64,000 nucleotides of DNA from Fimicolochytrium jonesii. Lineage: Eukaryota. The DNA lies in the NCBI RefSeq assembly GCF_025526975.1, contig NW_026515669.1:310001-374000 (forward strand), read 5' to 3'. The notes under the pieces were generated by a model. It saw only the letters and a program-made list of their open reading frames with translations, ran no database searches and was not told the DNA's origin. The position numbers and the translations under genes were made by a program. Shown here piece after piece: positions 10,576-24,549 of this stretch (the stretch's first letter is position 1; each line of letters starts with the position of its first letter).

Positions 10576-12385
10576 ATGTCCGCTCCAGCCGCATATTACA
10601 ATCCGCTCGCCGGCCAACAGGCTGCTGCTGCTTCGCGCAGCAAAGGTGTTCGTTGGGATGAGCCTAAAGTGTTGGAGCAGCAGAAGGAGTCGGCTGCGAG
10701 GCATATGACTTCTTCAGCTCGTCCTCGGTACAGTCGGCTCGCAACACCAGAAGATTGGAAGCGTCCTCCTGTCGCGGCCTATCCTTACATGAATCGTTAC
10801 CGTTTGATCAAAAAGATGGGAGAGTAAGTACATATACTTCTTATGTCGTGAGGATTCTGGGAACATATCTAATATTCACGTTTGAACCAATAGGGGAGCC
10901 TTCAGTGTTGTGTACAAAGCTGTAGACACAAAGACTAAATTGATCGTTGGCCTAAAGCTCGTTACGAAATCTCAACTCAATGAAGCCCAGCGCACCAATA
11001 TCCTCAGGGAAGCGTCCCTGCTTCGCCGAATCGATCACCCGAACGTAATCCAACTTGTCGACTTCCATGAGACTCCGATTCATTACGCATTATCCCTCGA
11101 ACTGATGGAAGGTGGCGAGATTTTCCATCAATTGGTTGATCAGGTCTGCTTTAGCGAGAACGTCTGTCGTCACATCATCTGGCAGGTCGCGGACGCACTG
11201 AGATACTTGCACGAGGAGCTCGGAGTTGTGCACAGAGATATCAAGCTCGAAAATCTCTTGTACGACCCCATCCCTCCGGAGAAGCTTGCTCACCGAGCCC
11301 GAGGCAACAAGGAGGACGGTGAAGAGGATGATTACATCCCTGGGGTTGGAGGAGCCGGCATCGGGGTTGTCAAGATTGCAGACTTTGGACTCTCGAAGGT
11401 CGTATTCGATGCCACTACCAAAACTCCATGTGGTACCGTCGGTTATACCGCACCCGAAATCCTCAAAGACCAGCGCTACTCCAAGGGTGTGGACATGTGG
11501 GCCCTCGGTTGCGTGCTGTACACCATTCTTTCCGGCTTCCCTCCATTCTTCGACGATGACCCACGTGGGTTGACCGAAAAGGTCGCCAACGGACAATTCG
11601 CTTTCCTCAGCCCGTGGTGGGATGACATCAGTCCCGAATCCAAGGATTTGATTTGCCATCTGCTGCAAGTCAACCCAAACAAGCGATACACAATCAATCA
11701 ATTTTTGGCTCACCCTTGGATGAGAGCTCATGACCCACGTGCCGCTCCTGCCCCCGAAGTCGTCGTGGAAGAAGAGGAAGAACTATCCCCCGGCGGACCA
11801 ACCATTGCTAGATACGGTAACTGGCGCGATCTGGAGCTTCCCGATGCGCTGAAGACACCGTTGGACGAATACTACACGGGAACCGAAGAGATGGACGTCG
11901 CACAAGGCGGCCAATCCGCTGATGTTACGGGTCGGAAGGTATCCCCACCCGTCACGGCTGCCATCGGACAGGGCCCAGCTCCCGGAGCTCCCCCCGGATT
12001 CGCTGCATCAGGGGCAGAGACGCCCAACACAACTTATCGTCGCCTCCGAACTCCTCACCCCGTCCCCGAAGGTATCACCAAAGAGATGCTTGCGGCGCCG
12101 TTCCAAGTATATCAGTCCATCGCCGAGGGAGAGGTGCGCCCGGAACACATCGGTATGGTCCGTGGCGGAGTTGTGCCCAACCACCGCAAAGGAAGCCCGC
12201 TCCGCCACGAAGTCACTCGAGCATCTGCCGCACCGGTCAATCAGAAAGCGCCTGCGCAACGGCGACAGGGGCAAGGTTTCGAGCTGGACCTTGCGCACTC
12301 GCGGTTGTTCGCAAAGAGAAGACACGAGCCTGCTGGATCTCGATCTCCAGTGGACCACGCCAAGCCCTTACCTGTTCAAGGTTGA
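10576..12385 (+). CDS. CAMK-group Ser/Thr kinase, Srk1/Rck2-like, 2 exons (intron 10824-10893)
   Basis: Splicing restores KMGEGAFSVVYK; HRDIKLENLL; GVGGAGIGVVKIADFGLSK insert typical of Rck/Srk1; TPCGTVGYTAPE. Start codon uncertain. Confidence 0.9.
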
Positions 12386-13588
12386 TGCGGATGATCGTAC
12401 ATTTGGGACTAAGCCTTCGAAGCGCGCACTAAGCATTCGAGCTTCCCCGCCGTTCCGGCTCGGCTTCTGCCTCTAATTATCTCGAAGGGAGTTTCACTTT
12501 CCATCCCTTTCCGCACACAAATTCCCTCCGGTCCTCATTCCCGTTGGTTTCCTAGTGTGTTTAGTTTGTCCCCGAGTCTCCCTTGTAGTCGCATATTTGT
12601 GAAAGGCGAACCCTCCTGATGTAGGGTTCTTTCCTTACACCTTGGAACCCAGAGACACTCTCTGTTCCCCTTCCTTTTTCTTGTATATAGATAAATTGGC
12701 CTCCTCAATACCGAACGATTCATTATCATATGTGAAGGCGATAAAACCATCTGGGAAAATGTGGAAGGCTGCACTGAAGGTTCGCTAACCGACTGAGCAG
12801 CCACATTTCCGAAGCCATTTTCACTTCTACATGCTTCAAACACTGCCATTTGTGCGTATGTAATTGTTCACTCAAACGACACTCCATCAGTTCACGGATC
12901 CGTCAGTAGTTTCAGTAGAAGCTCGCTGACCGGAAATGTGAGAACATCTCGAGCATCTGGGGTGCGTTGGCGGATCGATGCCCGTCGTTTGTCCGCCTCA
13001 GGTCAAGAGGTATGTACTGTACATGGTTAAGGTTGGAGGTACATAAAACCCATGTAGGTTGAATCACGCTTTGTTAAGTTGTCACGACCGTGGGACATAG
13101 CCCTGAGCCCTCTTCCAGAAATCAGGGGCCCCCAGATTGATTATCTTCCAACCGCCCGGCTTGTGTTCAGTGTGAAGCTTCCCTGAACCTTATGTCCCAC
13201 TCGCAGTCACTTCTCGAAACCTGTATCCACGGCCTGCTCACCGATCGCCGAAGAACCGGCTGGAAGCGGTCCACAAAGGAAGCGATTGACGGCATCGCAT
13301 CAGCATTCGACAGCGTGGCAAGATCGGGCGGAATTACACCAGGTGCTTTGGCTAAACTCGTACACTAATACACTAATACACTAATAAACACCACTTGCCG
13401 ATGAGATGGGGATAAACAACGCCTCCTTCCGGAAGAGCCACATGCTCATGCTTAATCCGGGGTCGCTCGATGTGCATAAATGCCGGCAATGCCTGCCCCC
13501 CCCCCCCCTCCTGTCGAGAAAACATCGAAATCCTCTCGAAATCCTCTTGCTCTGCGTCAACTCTAAGCAGTAGAAGCCGACTTCTACA

Positions 13589-16151
13589 ATGTCGGCCAAC
13601 ATGGAGGAAGGAAACATGAGACGCAAATCTCTAGATGAAGCTGCAAAGCACGTTGTCCGGAGCATCCGGATCCCGCTAGCTGTCGCCTTGCTAGGTAAAA
13701 TCAGTCAATTGGCTCAGTTTGTTGTTGTTGGCTTGTCTATATCTTCCATGCGAACGCCTTGGCCGATTGAGCTGACACTCTTGGACGGCATCAGCGTTTA
13801 CTATCGTTGTCGCTGGTGCAATCAGTATCCCTCTCGGTGTTCTTTCGTTTAAGGGAGCTGATCAGTCTATTGACGATGGTAATATGCAGAGACCGCGGTA
13901 CTCTAAGCGTTACCAAGTCGCATCGGTAGTAACGCTTACTCTTCCCCGCCTTTTATTGCGTAGTGACGCATGTTCTGCGGACTCGTCTAGTGGGCGAATT
14001 TGAAAGTTCCGGTAAACACCAAATCTGAAATCTTGCACTTGATCAAATGCGGACTACAAACAAATCTTCATTCAGTACGAAATCTGCTATCAAAATGCCT
14101 GAGCGCCGCGGACGGTAGGAATATCGGCTGCTTAGCAGTCTGCCGAGTGATGCTTATTCCCCTGTCGCCTCATTAGACACGAGGAGTAGCTTCGTTGTCA
14201 ACAAGTATATGCGTGGCTACCTTACGAATAACAACCTCCCTCTGGACACTTATGAACAAGAGTAAGAATGCATCGCTATCGAGCGTTGTCCAATCGAGTC
14301 AAATAACCGATTGGGCATTGCAGATTCCTGACGTCGTTTATACAACGCGCCGAGAGATATCAGAGTACCATGGTAAATACGACACTTCTTCCGGCATGAT
14401 TTGTGAATAGGTCGACCCAACTGAACATGCTCTTCCTTCGCAGGGGATAGCCGTCGCCATGGGCAATCCAGGCAACCTTCCCGAGCAGTACTTTGGTAGG
14501 CATCTGCTCGATTGCTCAGTAGCAGTATACTCCCACCCCCTCTATCCACACTGACGGGGGCTCGGATAACTACACAGTCTCCAGTGCCGGAGGTTTCGGT
14601 AAACGATGCCACTGGACCGGCAACGCAACGGGATTCGAGTGTTTAACCGGCCTCTGGCTCGTGAACAATTCGATGCCATACGATCCTAAGATCAATATGA
14701 TGGCGTTTGGGCCTCCCGGGGCGCCTCCTGTTTGGGAGCTTCAGGCCGCTGAGAAGCCCAAAGTCGTCCCCGTCAACGGTGTGTGGGCTCCCGGGATGTT
14801 CATCACCCTCGGCGGAAAGCTGCTGGGGGGCAAGCAATGTGCGCATTATACTTGGTAAGAGATTACGGTCGTTATGGTCAATTGAACCTTCGCAGCGCGA
14901 ATGTGAACATTCCTTCTGTCCACCTCCAGGGCGAGAAACCCCCCACCCGCCTCGGGTTTCGGTTCGGATTGGGATATCGAATACAGCTCTGTGTATAGCA
15001 TTGACGTGATTTCTGAGTATCTCGCGGTTAGTGAACAGTTGACTTCCGAAAGGTTGATATGTGCTCAAGGACGGCTGCTTCACAGGGGATGATAGCAACC
15101 CCGAACACGAGGATGGCTTTGATGTAGGTTTGGATGTCATCTGATGCTCATGAGGCGGCATCGCATCTTACCTTTGAATTCCTTTTCTCGCGGCCATTCA
15201 GTGAAAGCAATGGTGATATGTACGTGTTGTCCAGGTTGTCAGAGACGCTTTTGAGACCCATTCACTCAATGCTGCAATGTTTCGCCGACATTTAGAATGG
15301 CCACAAACAAAGCAGGTGCTCAGTACAACGAAAAGAAAGACGGCTCTGCTAAACTGGACACATGTACAGACCCCGTTCTGAAGGTGAAACATATCCGCGT
15401 TGTCAATTCGTAACGTCGTCGTGGGCTCACGACGATGTCTCCCAATAGGCAGCAGGAAAGGAAATCCTGAGCCGGTACAAAACATACACAGATACCCCCG
15501 CCACTCTGTCTGAGGTATTCAAAAGTGAGCAGAACGGAAACGTTTTCCTGGATTTCGTGCGCCTGCAGGACGAGACCAAGCTCGACATGATTGCTGTCCT
15601 GGCCGTTCCGGAGGACGACCTGCTGGCGGTTATGAAGAAAAGCCGGAAGACTGCAGCTATTACGGTGTCTGTCATCGCCTCGTTGATGATACTCCTCGCC
15701 GGTGTGGCTAGCTACCTCTTCACCTTGCCGTTGAAGCGGCTTACCAATGTTATGGTTGCGGTAGGTTCAAGGAGGAGCTGCTCATCGGTGCGGAATGCGG
15801 CGATCTCGTCGTCGCTTTATTCAATTTTTTTTTGCCTTCTCAAATAGGCGACGTCATTCGACTTCTCGAGTGTCCGCGACAAGGAACAGGCGGCTAAGCG
15901 CTCCTTCATTCGTGAGATTTCGACTATGGAGAATGTGTATGTGAAGTGCCTAGGTTGCGCGGTGGGAGGATTACTGTTCTACTTTCCTGATATATCCCTT
16001 TTTCTTTCAAACCAGCTTTGCCACGATGCTCTTGAAGTTCGCCAAGGCGATCGAATCGAACAAATCCTTGATGGGTACCAAGAATGTCACGAGCGTAAAG
16101 AGTGCCAGCGCCAACGACAGTCAACAAACACCGAGTGGCACTCGTCATTAA
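13589..16151 (+). CDS. Multi-exon two-TM membrane protein with putative extracellular Cache-like region and a HAMP-like C-terminus, no output domain
   Basis: N-terminal hydrophobic segment after IRIPLAVALL; second TM AAITVSVIASLMILLAGVASYLF followed by TLPLKRLTNVM..ATSFDFS...SFIREISTMENVFATML. Many short GT-AG introns; internal exon boundaries not fully resolved. Confidence 0.6.
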
Positions 16152-17296
16152 AATCTTGAGAGAAGCAAGGGAAATCCATTGTCACTGTTGGCAGGTCCTC
16201 CCTGCTCGTACTTCATGTGGGGGGCAGGGCTTTTATACCGTTCAACGTGTGTGTTTTATCAAAATCGAAGAATCTTTGCATCGCGCTGTCAAATCCTGTT
16301 AGTGGCTTCACACTCTATTCTTTCGCACTCTATTTATTCTTTCAACATCACAGGATCAATTTGAGCGAGCGCAGTGTATGGAGAGTATGGGTACACTTTG
16401 CGCATCTTAATTCCAAAAATGACCGGTGAAGAAAGCGCAATCCAGTTCGGATTGTGTTCAAGACGTGCGGCTCAAGTGGCCGGGAGTAGTATCTACAAGC
16501 CTCTGATGGCCATGATAGCGGCCTACCATCTCTGCCTTTGATGAAACTCAGCTCTCCTTTTTCTTTGACTTGAAGAGGCATTTGTTTCCGACGAACGCAT
16601 GCAGCATGAAATCCTTCAGAAATGTGAAGCTCTCTGAAAATCGAACTTCGGTCGGAGTCGACAGTCGCGCTGTCGAATTCCGTCTGTGCTTCGTCCTCCA
16701 CAGGTTCGTTCCCGTGGGCCGTGGCACTGGGTCCGGAGCCCTACACTGGGATGTCCCCAGAAAGACTTTTCCCTTGCGACCCCACCGTCTTTAACTCAAA
16801 AAGTGGACGGAAAGCTTGCGCTATTGCAGTTATCTGAGAAGACTCGGACTTGGCAGGCATATGCAGACACATATGCTATTCTTCGACTCGCGTAAATCCC
16901 TTGGCCACGGTCGCCAAAAATGGATATCGGAAGTAGTACATTTGCCACTAATCTTGGTGGGCGGCAGCAAGGATCTAAAGAACGACTCCGGCACGGTTGC
17001 AAAGCGGCACAAAATCGAGCTTTGCCTGATTCCAGCCTTTTCATCTTGATTCGATAGGTTGTTTTACCGAGCCCATAGAGTCGTTTACCCTTCCTTCATG
17101 GAACAAAACTGACAGGGTCAACGCCGCTGTCAAAGGGGTGTGGTCTGAGAGCGCCCGATTGCGTCACAGGAATTAATCCGCTTTTGCAAGCAGAATCTTA
17201 CGCGGAAAGCTCAACCCCTTCGCTCAAAGCATTGCTTCAGTCGGACGGATCAGAGTGGGAAAGTCCCGCTATCGTCGGCGTCGCCCCCAGAAGTTC

Positions 17297-19087
17297 ATGT
17301 CTGTCAACGCTTGGCGAGCGCCGTTCCTCTCGTTGGCTTGCCGCGCCATCACTCTTGCAGCAAAACCTCCGACGTTTTTACATCACACACGAAGTTATAT
17401 CAACCCGCCTTCCATCCCTCCTACCAAAATGAGGTAAGACTCGATGGATGGGGGTTTGGTGAATCGTCCATTGAGTATCAGTAATGTTGTACTCACACCT
17501 TTCCCTCCCCAGCGCAACATCTTCAACTCCTGGCGTGAAGGACCACCACCTGCCAAACGGGAAGTTTACAAACCCTTGGCCTAGTTTTGTGGAACATGGT
17601 CTACTGGAGTTTGCAAAGGTGTGTGCGAGGAGAGGGGAGAGAGGATGAGGACGTGAGGAAGGGAGTGCGGATGGAGGGAGGGTGGTGGCGCGAGCGAAGC
17701 GAGCGGGGTTGGCTCGGTCGGGGAGGCCGCCAAGCCAAACGTCTTCTGGTTTGCGATGGGAGCGCGAGCGGAGCGAGTTCCCATTGCCCCAAATATGCAA
17801 TGTTTCCCCTAACTGGCAGTTCATAGCGAGCGCCGATGAGCGTCAGATCTTGGCGAACGAAGCTAGCTTAGCACACGCAACCCAACCTCCTCGTCGCGAG
17901 CGGAGCGAGCAGGGTATCGCTTCATCCATGGATCACATTCATCCACTCATCGCTCCCCAACATAGGCCCTCCCAGAATGGGACCGCAAACGCTCAAAAGT
18001 CCCATCTTCCACCGACCTCACCGTAAAAGTCCTCGGCAAAGCCAACATGTCCTGGCCCCGCATCAAATCCCCCGACCCATCCCTCATCCAAGCCACTTGG
18101 CTCGGGCACGCCACATTTTTAATCCAAATGGAAGGCGTCAACATCCTTTGCGACCCCGTGTTCAGCCATCGGTGCTCGCCGTTCTCGTTTATGGGCCCTG
18201 CGAGGTTCACGCCGCCGGCATGTACGATTCCGGAACTCTTGGAGGAGGTTAAGGTGGATGTGGTGATTATTTCGCATAATCATTACGATCATTTGGATGT
18301 GGAGACTATCAAGGCCCTGGGGCCGGAGGTTCATTATTTTGTGCCGCTGAGGAACAAGGTGCGGTGTCATATGTCGCAGTGCATCATCCATCACCTTGCG
18401 AGCTTCGATGCTGACCCTCTCTTATCCTCACAGGCCTGGTTCGACAGCTACTCCTACCCGCACGTCACCGAACTCGACTGGTGGAACGAACAAACACTGA
18501 CATTACCAGGCGACAGGCAGCTCAAAATCGCATGCACACCCTGCCAACACTTCTCCGGTCGAGGCGTTCTGGACCGCATGGCGACGCTGTGGGCGAGTTG
18601 GGTCATCATTGGGCAGAAACATGGGAAGCGGTTCTATTTCGCCGGGTAAGACGTCCCACCTTTCTCCAACAAATGACCTCACGTCTTTGAAACGCTAATC
18701 CCTATTCGACTCCCCAGAGACACCGGCTATCGCAGCGTCTCCAAAGCCGGCACCACAACAACCACCTGCCCCGCCTTCCCCCAAATCGGCACAACCTACG
18801 GCCCCTTCGACCTCTCCTGCATCCCTATCGGCGCCTACTCCCCCCGTCACATCATGTCGCCCGTCCACTGCGCTCCCGAAGATTCCGTCGAACTGCACAA
18901 GGATGTGAAATCGAAAAAGAGTGTGGGGATGCATTGGGGCACGTTTGTATTGACGGATGAGCCGGTGAATGAGCCGCCGGTGAGGTTGAGGAAGGCGGCG
19001 GAGGGGGCGGGGTTGGGGGTGGGGGAGTTTGTGACGGTGGATATCGGGGAGACTATTGCCTCGGAGACGGAGGAGGGGAAGAATTGA
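17297..19087 (+). CDS. NAPEPLD: N-acyl-phosphatidylethanolamine phospholipase D (metallo-beta-lactamase fold), multi-exon
   Basis: GKFTNPWPSF, TWLGHATFL, DPVFSHRCSP, ISHNHYDHLD, PCQHFSGR, FAGDTGY, PIGAYSPR, GMHWGTFVLTDE. Confidence 0.92.
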
Positions 19088-19461
19088 ACGGATTGGATGT
19101 GAGGTTAATGATGAGGGCGAGACTTTGAGCAGCTTTCGATACGTTCGCTGTGTGGTGTATAGGTTGCAATACCAAGGGTTTTGGAAGGAATGTCTATTTT
19201 TGCGTATATTCTCAGTGTAAACTTTTGTGCTCGTTTGTGGAAAGGCAGTACATGGGTAGAAACACATAGGAGTTGACGCAGCTAGCATGCTTTCTACGTC
19301 TCGAATTCCAGTCTTCGACAAAGGTACGCCAGTTCTGGTGTCCGCTGGCTAGGGATCCATCGGATACGCTCTCTTACGCCGTCAGAGCCTCAATCTAGCC
19401 CACCCATCCCATCCTCCCTCAGAAGAGCGTGTCTCCATCCCTCATTCTTCCCTCACCTCCC

Positions 19462-20453
19462 TCAAGCACCCTTCGCAAAAGGACTAGGCCTCTCCGCAAC
19501 AGGAAACCGAATCCCCGCCACGTCCTTCCACCCCTCCGGGCCATCCTGGTTCTTCTGAAGAAGCTTGCCAACCAGCGTCTGTCCCGGACGGACGGGCCCG
19601 ACGCCGGCGGGTGTTCCCGTAAGTACGAGATCGCCGCGTTGGAGGGTCATGATGGAGTTGATGTGGGCGAGGAGGGTGGGGATATCGAAGAGCATGTCGG
19701 AGGTGAGGCCGTCTTGCGCGGTTTTGCCGTCGATCTGAGGATGAAAATTCAGGGTTATAGAGACTGTGGAATGCTGCTCTGCGGGGCTGACAGTTTAGGA
19801 CACGTACCTCTAGGACGAGTCGCAGGTCATGCGGGTCTCGGATCGCTGTTTTGTCAATGAATTCGCTGCAAGTATCAAGAAAAATGATTGAGACATGAGC
19901 CCCAAGTGCACTTCACTTTCACCCCCCATCACCCCCCATCACCCCAAAAACCACACAATCCCCCCCTCACCCACCCAACAGGCGTAAATCCATCGAACCC
20001 CTTCGCAACCGTCCACGGCAAACCCCCTTTCTTCGCCTTATCCTGCAAATCCCTCGCCGTCATATCCAGCGCCAACACATATCCCCCCACAGCATCCTCA
20101 ATCTCCCTCCGCTGCGTTTGGGGGTCCAGAAACGCCTTGCCGGCGCGTGGGGTGGGTAGGGCGTGGCCGATGATGACCCCGAGTTCTAGCTCGTGGTGGA
20201 TGGTGTGTGTGGAGGGGAGAAGGATGGGGTTGGGTGCAGAGAGGTAGCTGCTGACGGGTTTGAGGAAGAGGAGAGGGTGGGTGGGCAGGGGGTTGTTGAG
20301 TTCTTTGGCGTGCAACCTTTTGAGTCGAGCCGTCAATTAGTATTCTGAGGGCGGGGTGGAACATCACGGATACTCAGGAACTCACGCGTAGTTGCGTCCG
20401 ACGGCGACGATGGAGCGACCCCACTTCGTAAAGTCCTTGAGAGCTGCAGCCAT
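19462..20453 (-). CDS. FAHD1: Fumarylacetoacetate hydrolase family protein (FAHD1/Fmp41-like), multi-exon
   Basis: IVAVGRNYA, LFLKPVSSY, HHELELGVIIG, LDMTARDLQ, WTVAKGFDGFTP, GDLVLTGTPAGVGP. Confidence 0.92.
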
Positions 20454-20786
20454 GGTTGAGAGTAAGCAGAGGGTGGGGTGTGTTGGAGGATGAGTTGTGG
20501 GGGTGAGCGAGCGAGTGGGAAGTCGGAAGTCGGATGGCCTCGGAAAACAGCCGCTCCGATTCACGCGTGGACTCCTTGGACTCGGGTGTTTGCGTGGATT
20601 TCGGATATGGAGGTCTTCAAGTACGTACAATTTTGTGATGTGACAGCCAATAGTCCCCCCTTCAGCTCCAAGTGGCATCTATTGGGTTGACAGGTACAGC
20701 ACGAAAGATCACACCCTTGCGTGGTATCGAGCAGAGGTACGCTCTACCAAACGATCGTCCCTCACACAAGTTCCGTTCCTATCCAG

Positions 20787-22380
20787 CTACTTCCGCCTCC
20801 CCTTCCCACCCGTCCCTCCACCAGCACCAGGAGTAGTCCCCTTCTTCCTCGCACTCCTCGGCGTCCTGGGACTCGCACTCCTCGACCTCGCCGTCCTCAC
20901 CGGCTTAACCGCCGCCGCCGCCCCGTCATCATCATCGTCCCCCGGCTCGCTTTTCACCCTCACATCCCCATCATCGTCGCTATCACTATTCTGTGCCGCA
21001 GCGGCAGCTTTCAATGCAGCGGAAGCGGCGCGCGTAACCTTACGCGTGGTTTTTGTCGCCGCGGTTTTGACTGTTTTGACGGCCGCGGTTGGGGAGGTGC
21101 CCGGTTCGAATGCGAAGACTTCTTTGAGCTCGCCCCGCAGGAAGCCGGTGAGGAGGACCGATATGATGCAGGCGGGGGATAAGTACAGGAGGGCGGGCTA
21201 AATCAGATGAAGGGGTAAGTATATCTACACTGTGCGTTTAATGATTAAGCATTGCAATCCACGCACCTGGGCAGCCTGGAAATTGTGCATGACAACCACA
21301 GTGGTCACAAGGCCCGTGACATACGCAATGGAGCAGGCGGTGAAATACGGTTTGGGGAACTTCCTCGCGTACTTGTTCTTCTTACCCGCAGGCGAGGCCA
21401 GGAAGCGATCGTGGTCAAACTTCAGACACAGCGCCACGAAAATGCCCGGGATGACAATATCGCCCAATCCCAACAGGGTAAACTGTAGACCCTCCGTCTT
21501 GAAGAACGTGGACGGGTGCAGCAACATCCCGACGATATCCTTCGGCCACAAGACCTTAATGGGCGCGTCAAATCCCTTGGCGACGGTGACCATGACGTCG
21601 GTGCCAAACACCCAGAAGATGTCGTAGAAAAAGAGGAAGGAGAGGAGGGCGATGCCGGTTTTGAAGGAGTCCAGGTTGAGAAGGCGGATGGCGGACGTTG
21701 CAAATGCTTCACCGTAGATATTATTGAGGACCCAGTGTTTCGTGAAGGCGTACGAGCCTGCGATCACGATGGCTAGGAGAATGACGAAGAAGTGGAAGCC
21801 GCCGAAATGGTAGGTGGCGATTTCTGTGGGGCACAGCTAGGTCATCCATCCATTCAATGAACAAAAAGACACGCAGGAATCCCTCCCTGGGGGCGCATCA
21901 TCAAATACTCACCCTTCTGCTTCTTCCACAAATCCACCCGATAATCACCCTTAATTCTCCACCCCGTTAAGTACCTCGTCAAATCTAACGCACTCTTGGA
22001 CACCGCCCCGACACCCAGAATCGAGAAATAGGCGGTAAACAGTGCATTCAAGTATTCCTTGTTGAGGTACTTGAACACGAGGTAGAGCGTCAGGAGTGCG
22101 GCGGAGCCAAAGATGGGGAACATGTACGCGTCTTCGAGACTGAAGTATTCTTGGTCATCGTCGGCGGTTTCGTCGTCTGAGTCGGGTGTGGATGATCTTT
22201 TGCCTCTCTTTTGGGAATTAGATTGACAGGTTAGAACGAACAGGGGAAGGTTCCGAAGTTAAGAAGGACACGCACTTTCTTCTCTTTAAGAAACTTGATA
22301 GACGCCCAGGACCCAATATAGATTGGCGCGGTGGCGAGGATGCCCAGGGCGATGTAGGCAAGCAAAAGACCGGTCTCCAT
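20787..22380 (-). CDS. HM13: Signal peptide peptidase (A22B aspartyl intramembrane protease), multi-exon
   Basis: YDIFWVFGT, LGLGDIVIPG and QPALLYL motifs. Confidence 0.92.
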
Positions 22381-22953
22381 GTTGGGCGAGTGTGTTGGGG
22401 ATTCGCCGTTCAGAAAATGCCAGTCAAAATTCCGGGAGGTGATCTGTGCGGGATCCCGTTCTGGGATGAACAGGTGACACTCCCGGAAACAGCGAAGGAC
22501 CGAGGGCGGGAGGTGAGGTCCGCGCTAAGGGTAGTAGGGCAGGAGGGCGAAGTACCGATCGCCCACGTAGCGTTTGCGGTTACTGTATAGGAGACGGACA
22601 GAACCTGAATTTGAAGCGTCTGAGGTGACGCGCTTAGGCCTTTGATGGATGGACCTCCAGGCTCCAGACACATCCAGACACAGGATGGGAGGATCGGCGC
22701 TTTCCATAGACTTATATTCCATCCCGGACTCTGTGATGTTCCCAAGAACTTGTACCATGTATTCTGCGAATTCCGCACTTCCCATACAAGACATTCTTCT
22801 CCAAAAAATGGATCCTCTCTAAGCCCTCTATGTCCTCCTGCGACGCCTTAACTATCCGTCCGTTCCGACTTTTATACTTTACAGTGAGTAGGACTAGGTT
22901 TCGCTCCCCACCTGGCCCTTCCGCGTGGAATGATAGGAGGTAGACCTTCCCCC

Positions 22954-24268
22954 TCATTCATCCTTTTTGCGGAGATACTCTGCGATACGGAGAGACGGGA
23001 ACGAAGGAAAACGTGCGCGTGAGTGTTGAAAGGATGGCGGGAATGCAACAACGGTCACGTACCTTGGTAATCCTCGAGCACTAGCGGTGTTTGCACCTAC
23101 GACCATAAACAAACCAGGACCGCACATCAGTAGCCGTCGCCAGACCTATGCAACATGTGACGTCCCGCGGAGAATGTCTCACCTTGTTAATCGCCTGCTT
23201 AACGAACCGGCCATCCTCTAAATACAGCAGCCGGTCGGCGTAGCATTCCACATCCGGGTTGTGGGTAACCATAACACACGTCGTCCTCTTCTCCTTATTG
23301 ATATACAGCAGCAGGTTCATGATATCTATCGTGTTGGAAGTGTCGAGGTCGCCTGTGGGTTCGTCGAGGAGGAGGATGTCGGGGTCGTTTGCTAGGGCGC
23401 GGGCTATGGTTCTACGGTGTGGAGGCGCGTATGAGTGCGGGTGGGTGTCGACGCGGGTGGGCATAGGACTCTCTTACACACGCTGCTGCTCGCCCCCAGA
23501 TAGCTCGGAGGGGAGATGGGCGATGCGGTCTTGTAGGCCTACGGCTGGTTGAAGCGAGGTCGAGGAATGAAGGTTCAGCGGTTGGCCTCCCTTCACATTC
23601 CGGTTTTCTCGCATCACCTCCTCGGCGCGTACTCACTTTCCAACAACATGAGCGCCCTCTCCTTCCTCTCCCTATGTCCCAATTTCCCGCGAATCGTCAT
23701 GGGCAGCTCAACGTTCTCGTACGCCGACATGGTGCCGAGCAGATTGAAGGTCTGAAACACGAACCCGATGCGCTGCAGACGCAGGTTCGAAAGCCAGGCG
23801 TCCGTCGATGTGTCGGAGATTTCGTCGCCTAGAAGTTCTACGCGGCAGTCGCTCAACATCTCACATCGCAATATCATTTGAGCTCAACCCCAGAACGGTC
23901 GAACATACCGACAGTCCCATTAGACGCATTATCGATGGTCCCCAGTATATTCAACAGCGTCGTCTTCCCGCCGCCACTCGGTCCTCGCAAAATCACAAAC
24001 TCCCCGCGACGTATTGGGTAGAACTCTGAATCGGGCGCGAGGTGGATGTCGTGCAAAGCGTGCACTTGCTCGTCTGTGCCGGGGATGGTGTAGGCTGTAC
24101 GATGCAAATGTGACTGTCAGTGAACAGCGTTGAACGGATTTTTGAGGACCGGAACTGGCTCCGTACGTTACTTTTGGACAAATGCTCAATGACAATGACG
24201 GGCTCGCCCAGTTCTTTCAGGGTTTGCGGCACCCTGGACATCCATGGACCTGCATGCCGGGTGGACAT
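22954..24268 (-). CDS. Stand-alone ABC ATPase (LolD/MacB-like NBD), multi-exon
   Basis: Walker [49 protein letters not shown]; no TM domain. Confidence 0.9.
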
Positions 24269-24549
24269 TGCTTTCTGCTATCTACTGTATATATATACGG
24301 CGGCGGCTGGGCGGGAGGTCCCAAGACTCCAAGATGCACGCGTATGAACGCATCTTGAACGGAAGAGACGGAAGTTTGGTGCCCATCCCTCGGACGGAAT
24401 GTCACCTCAGCTTTCCAAGCATTAACAAATTACAGTATTTCGGGAAGAACAGACGAGTAACCTAACCAATCAGAGGGTCCCTGCAGTCGACCTCTTCACC
24501 TGCCATCTTCACAGAACCCCAACATTGACCCACGAACCAGAAGCCAAAA

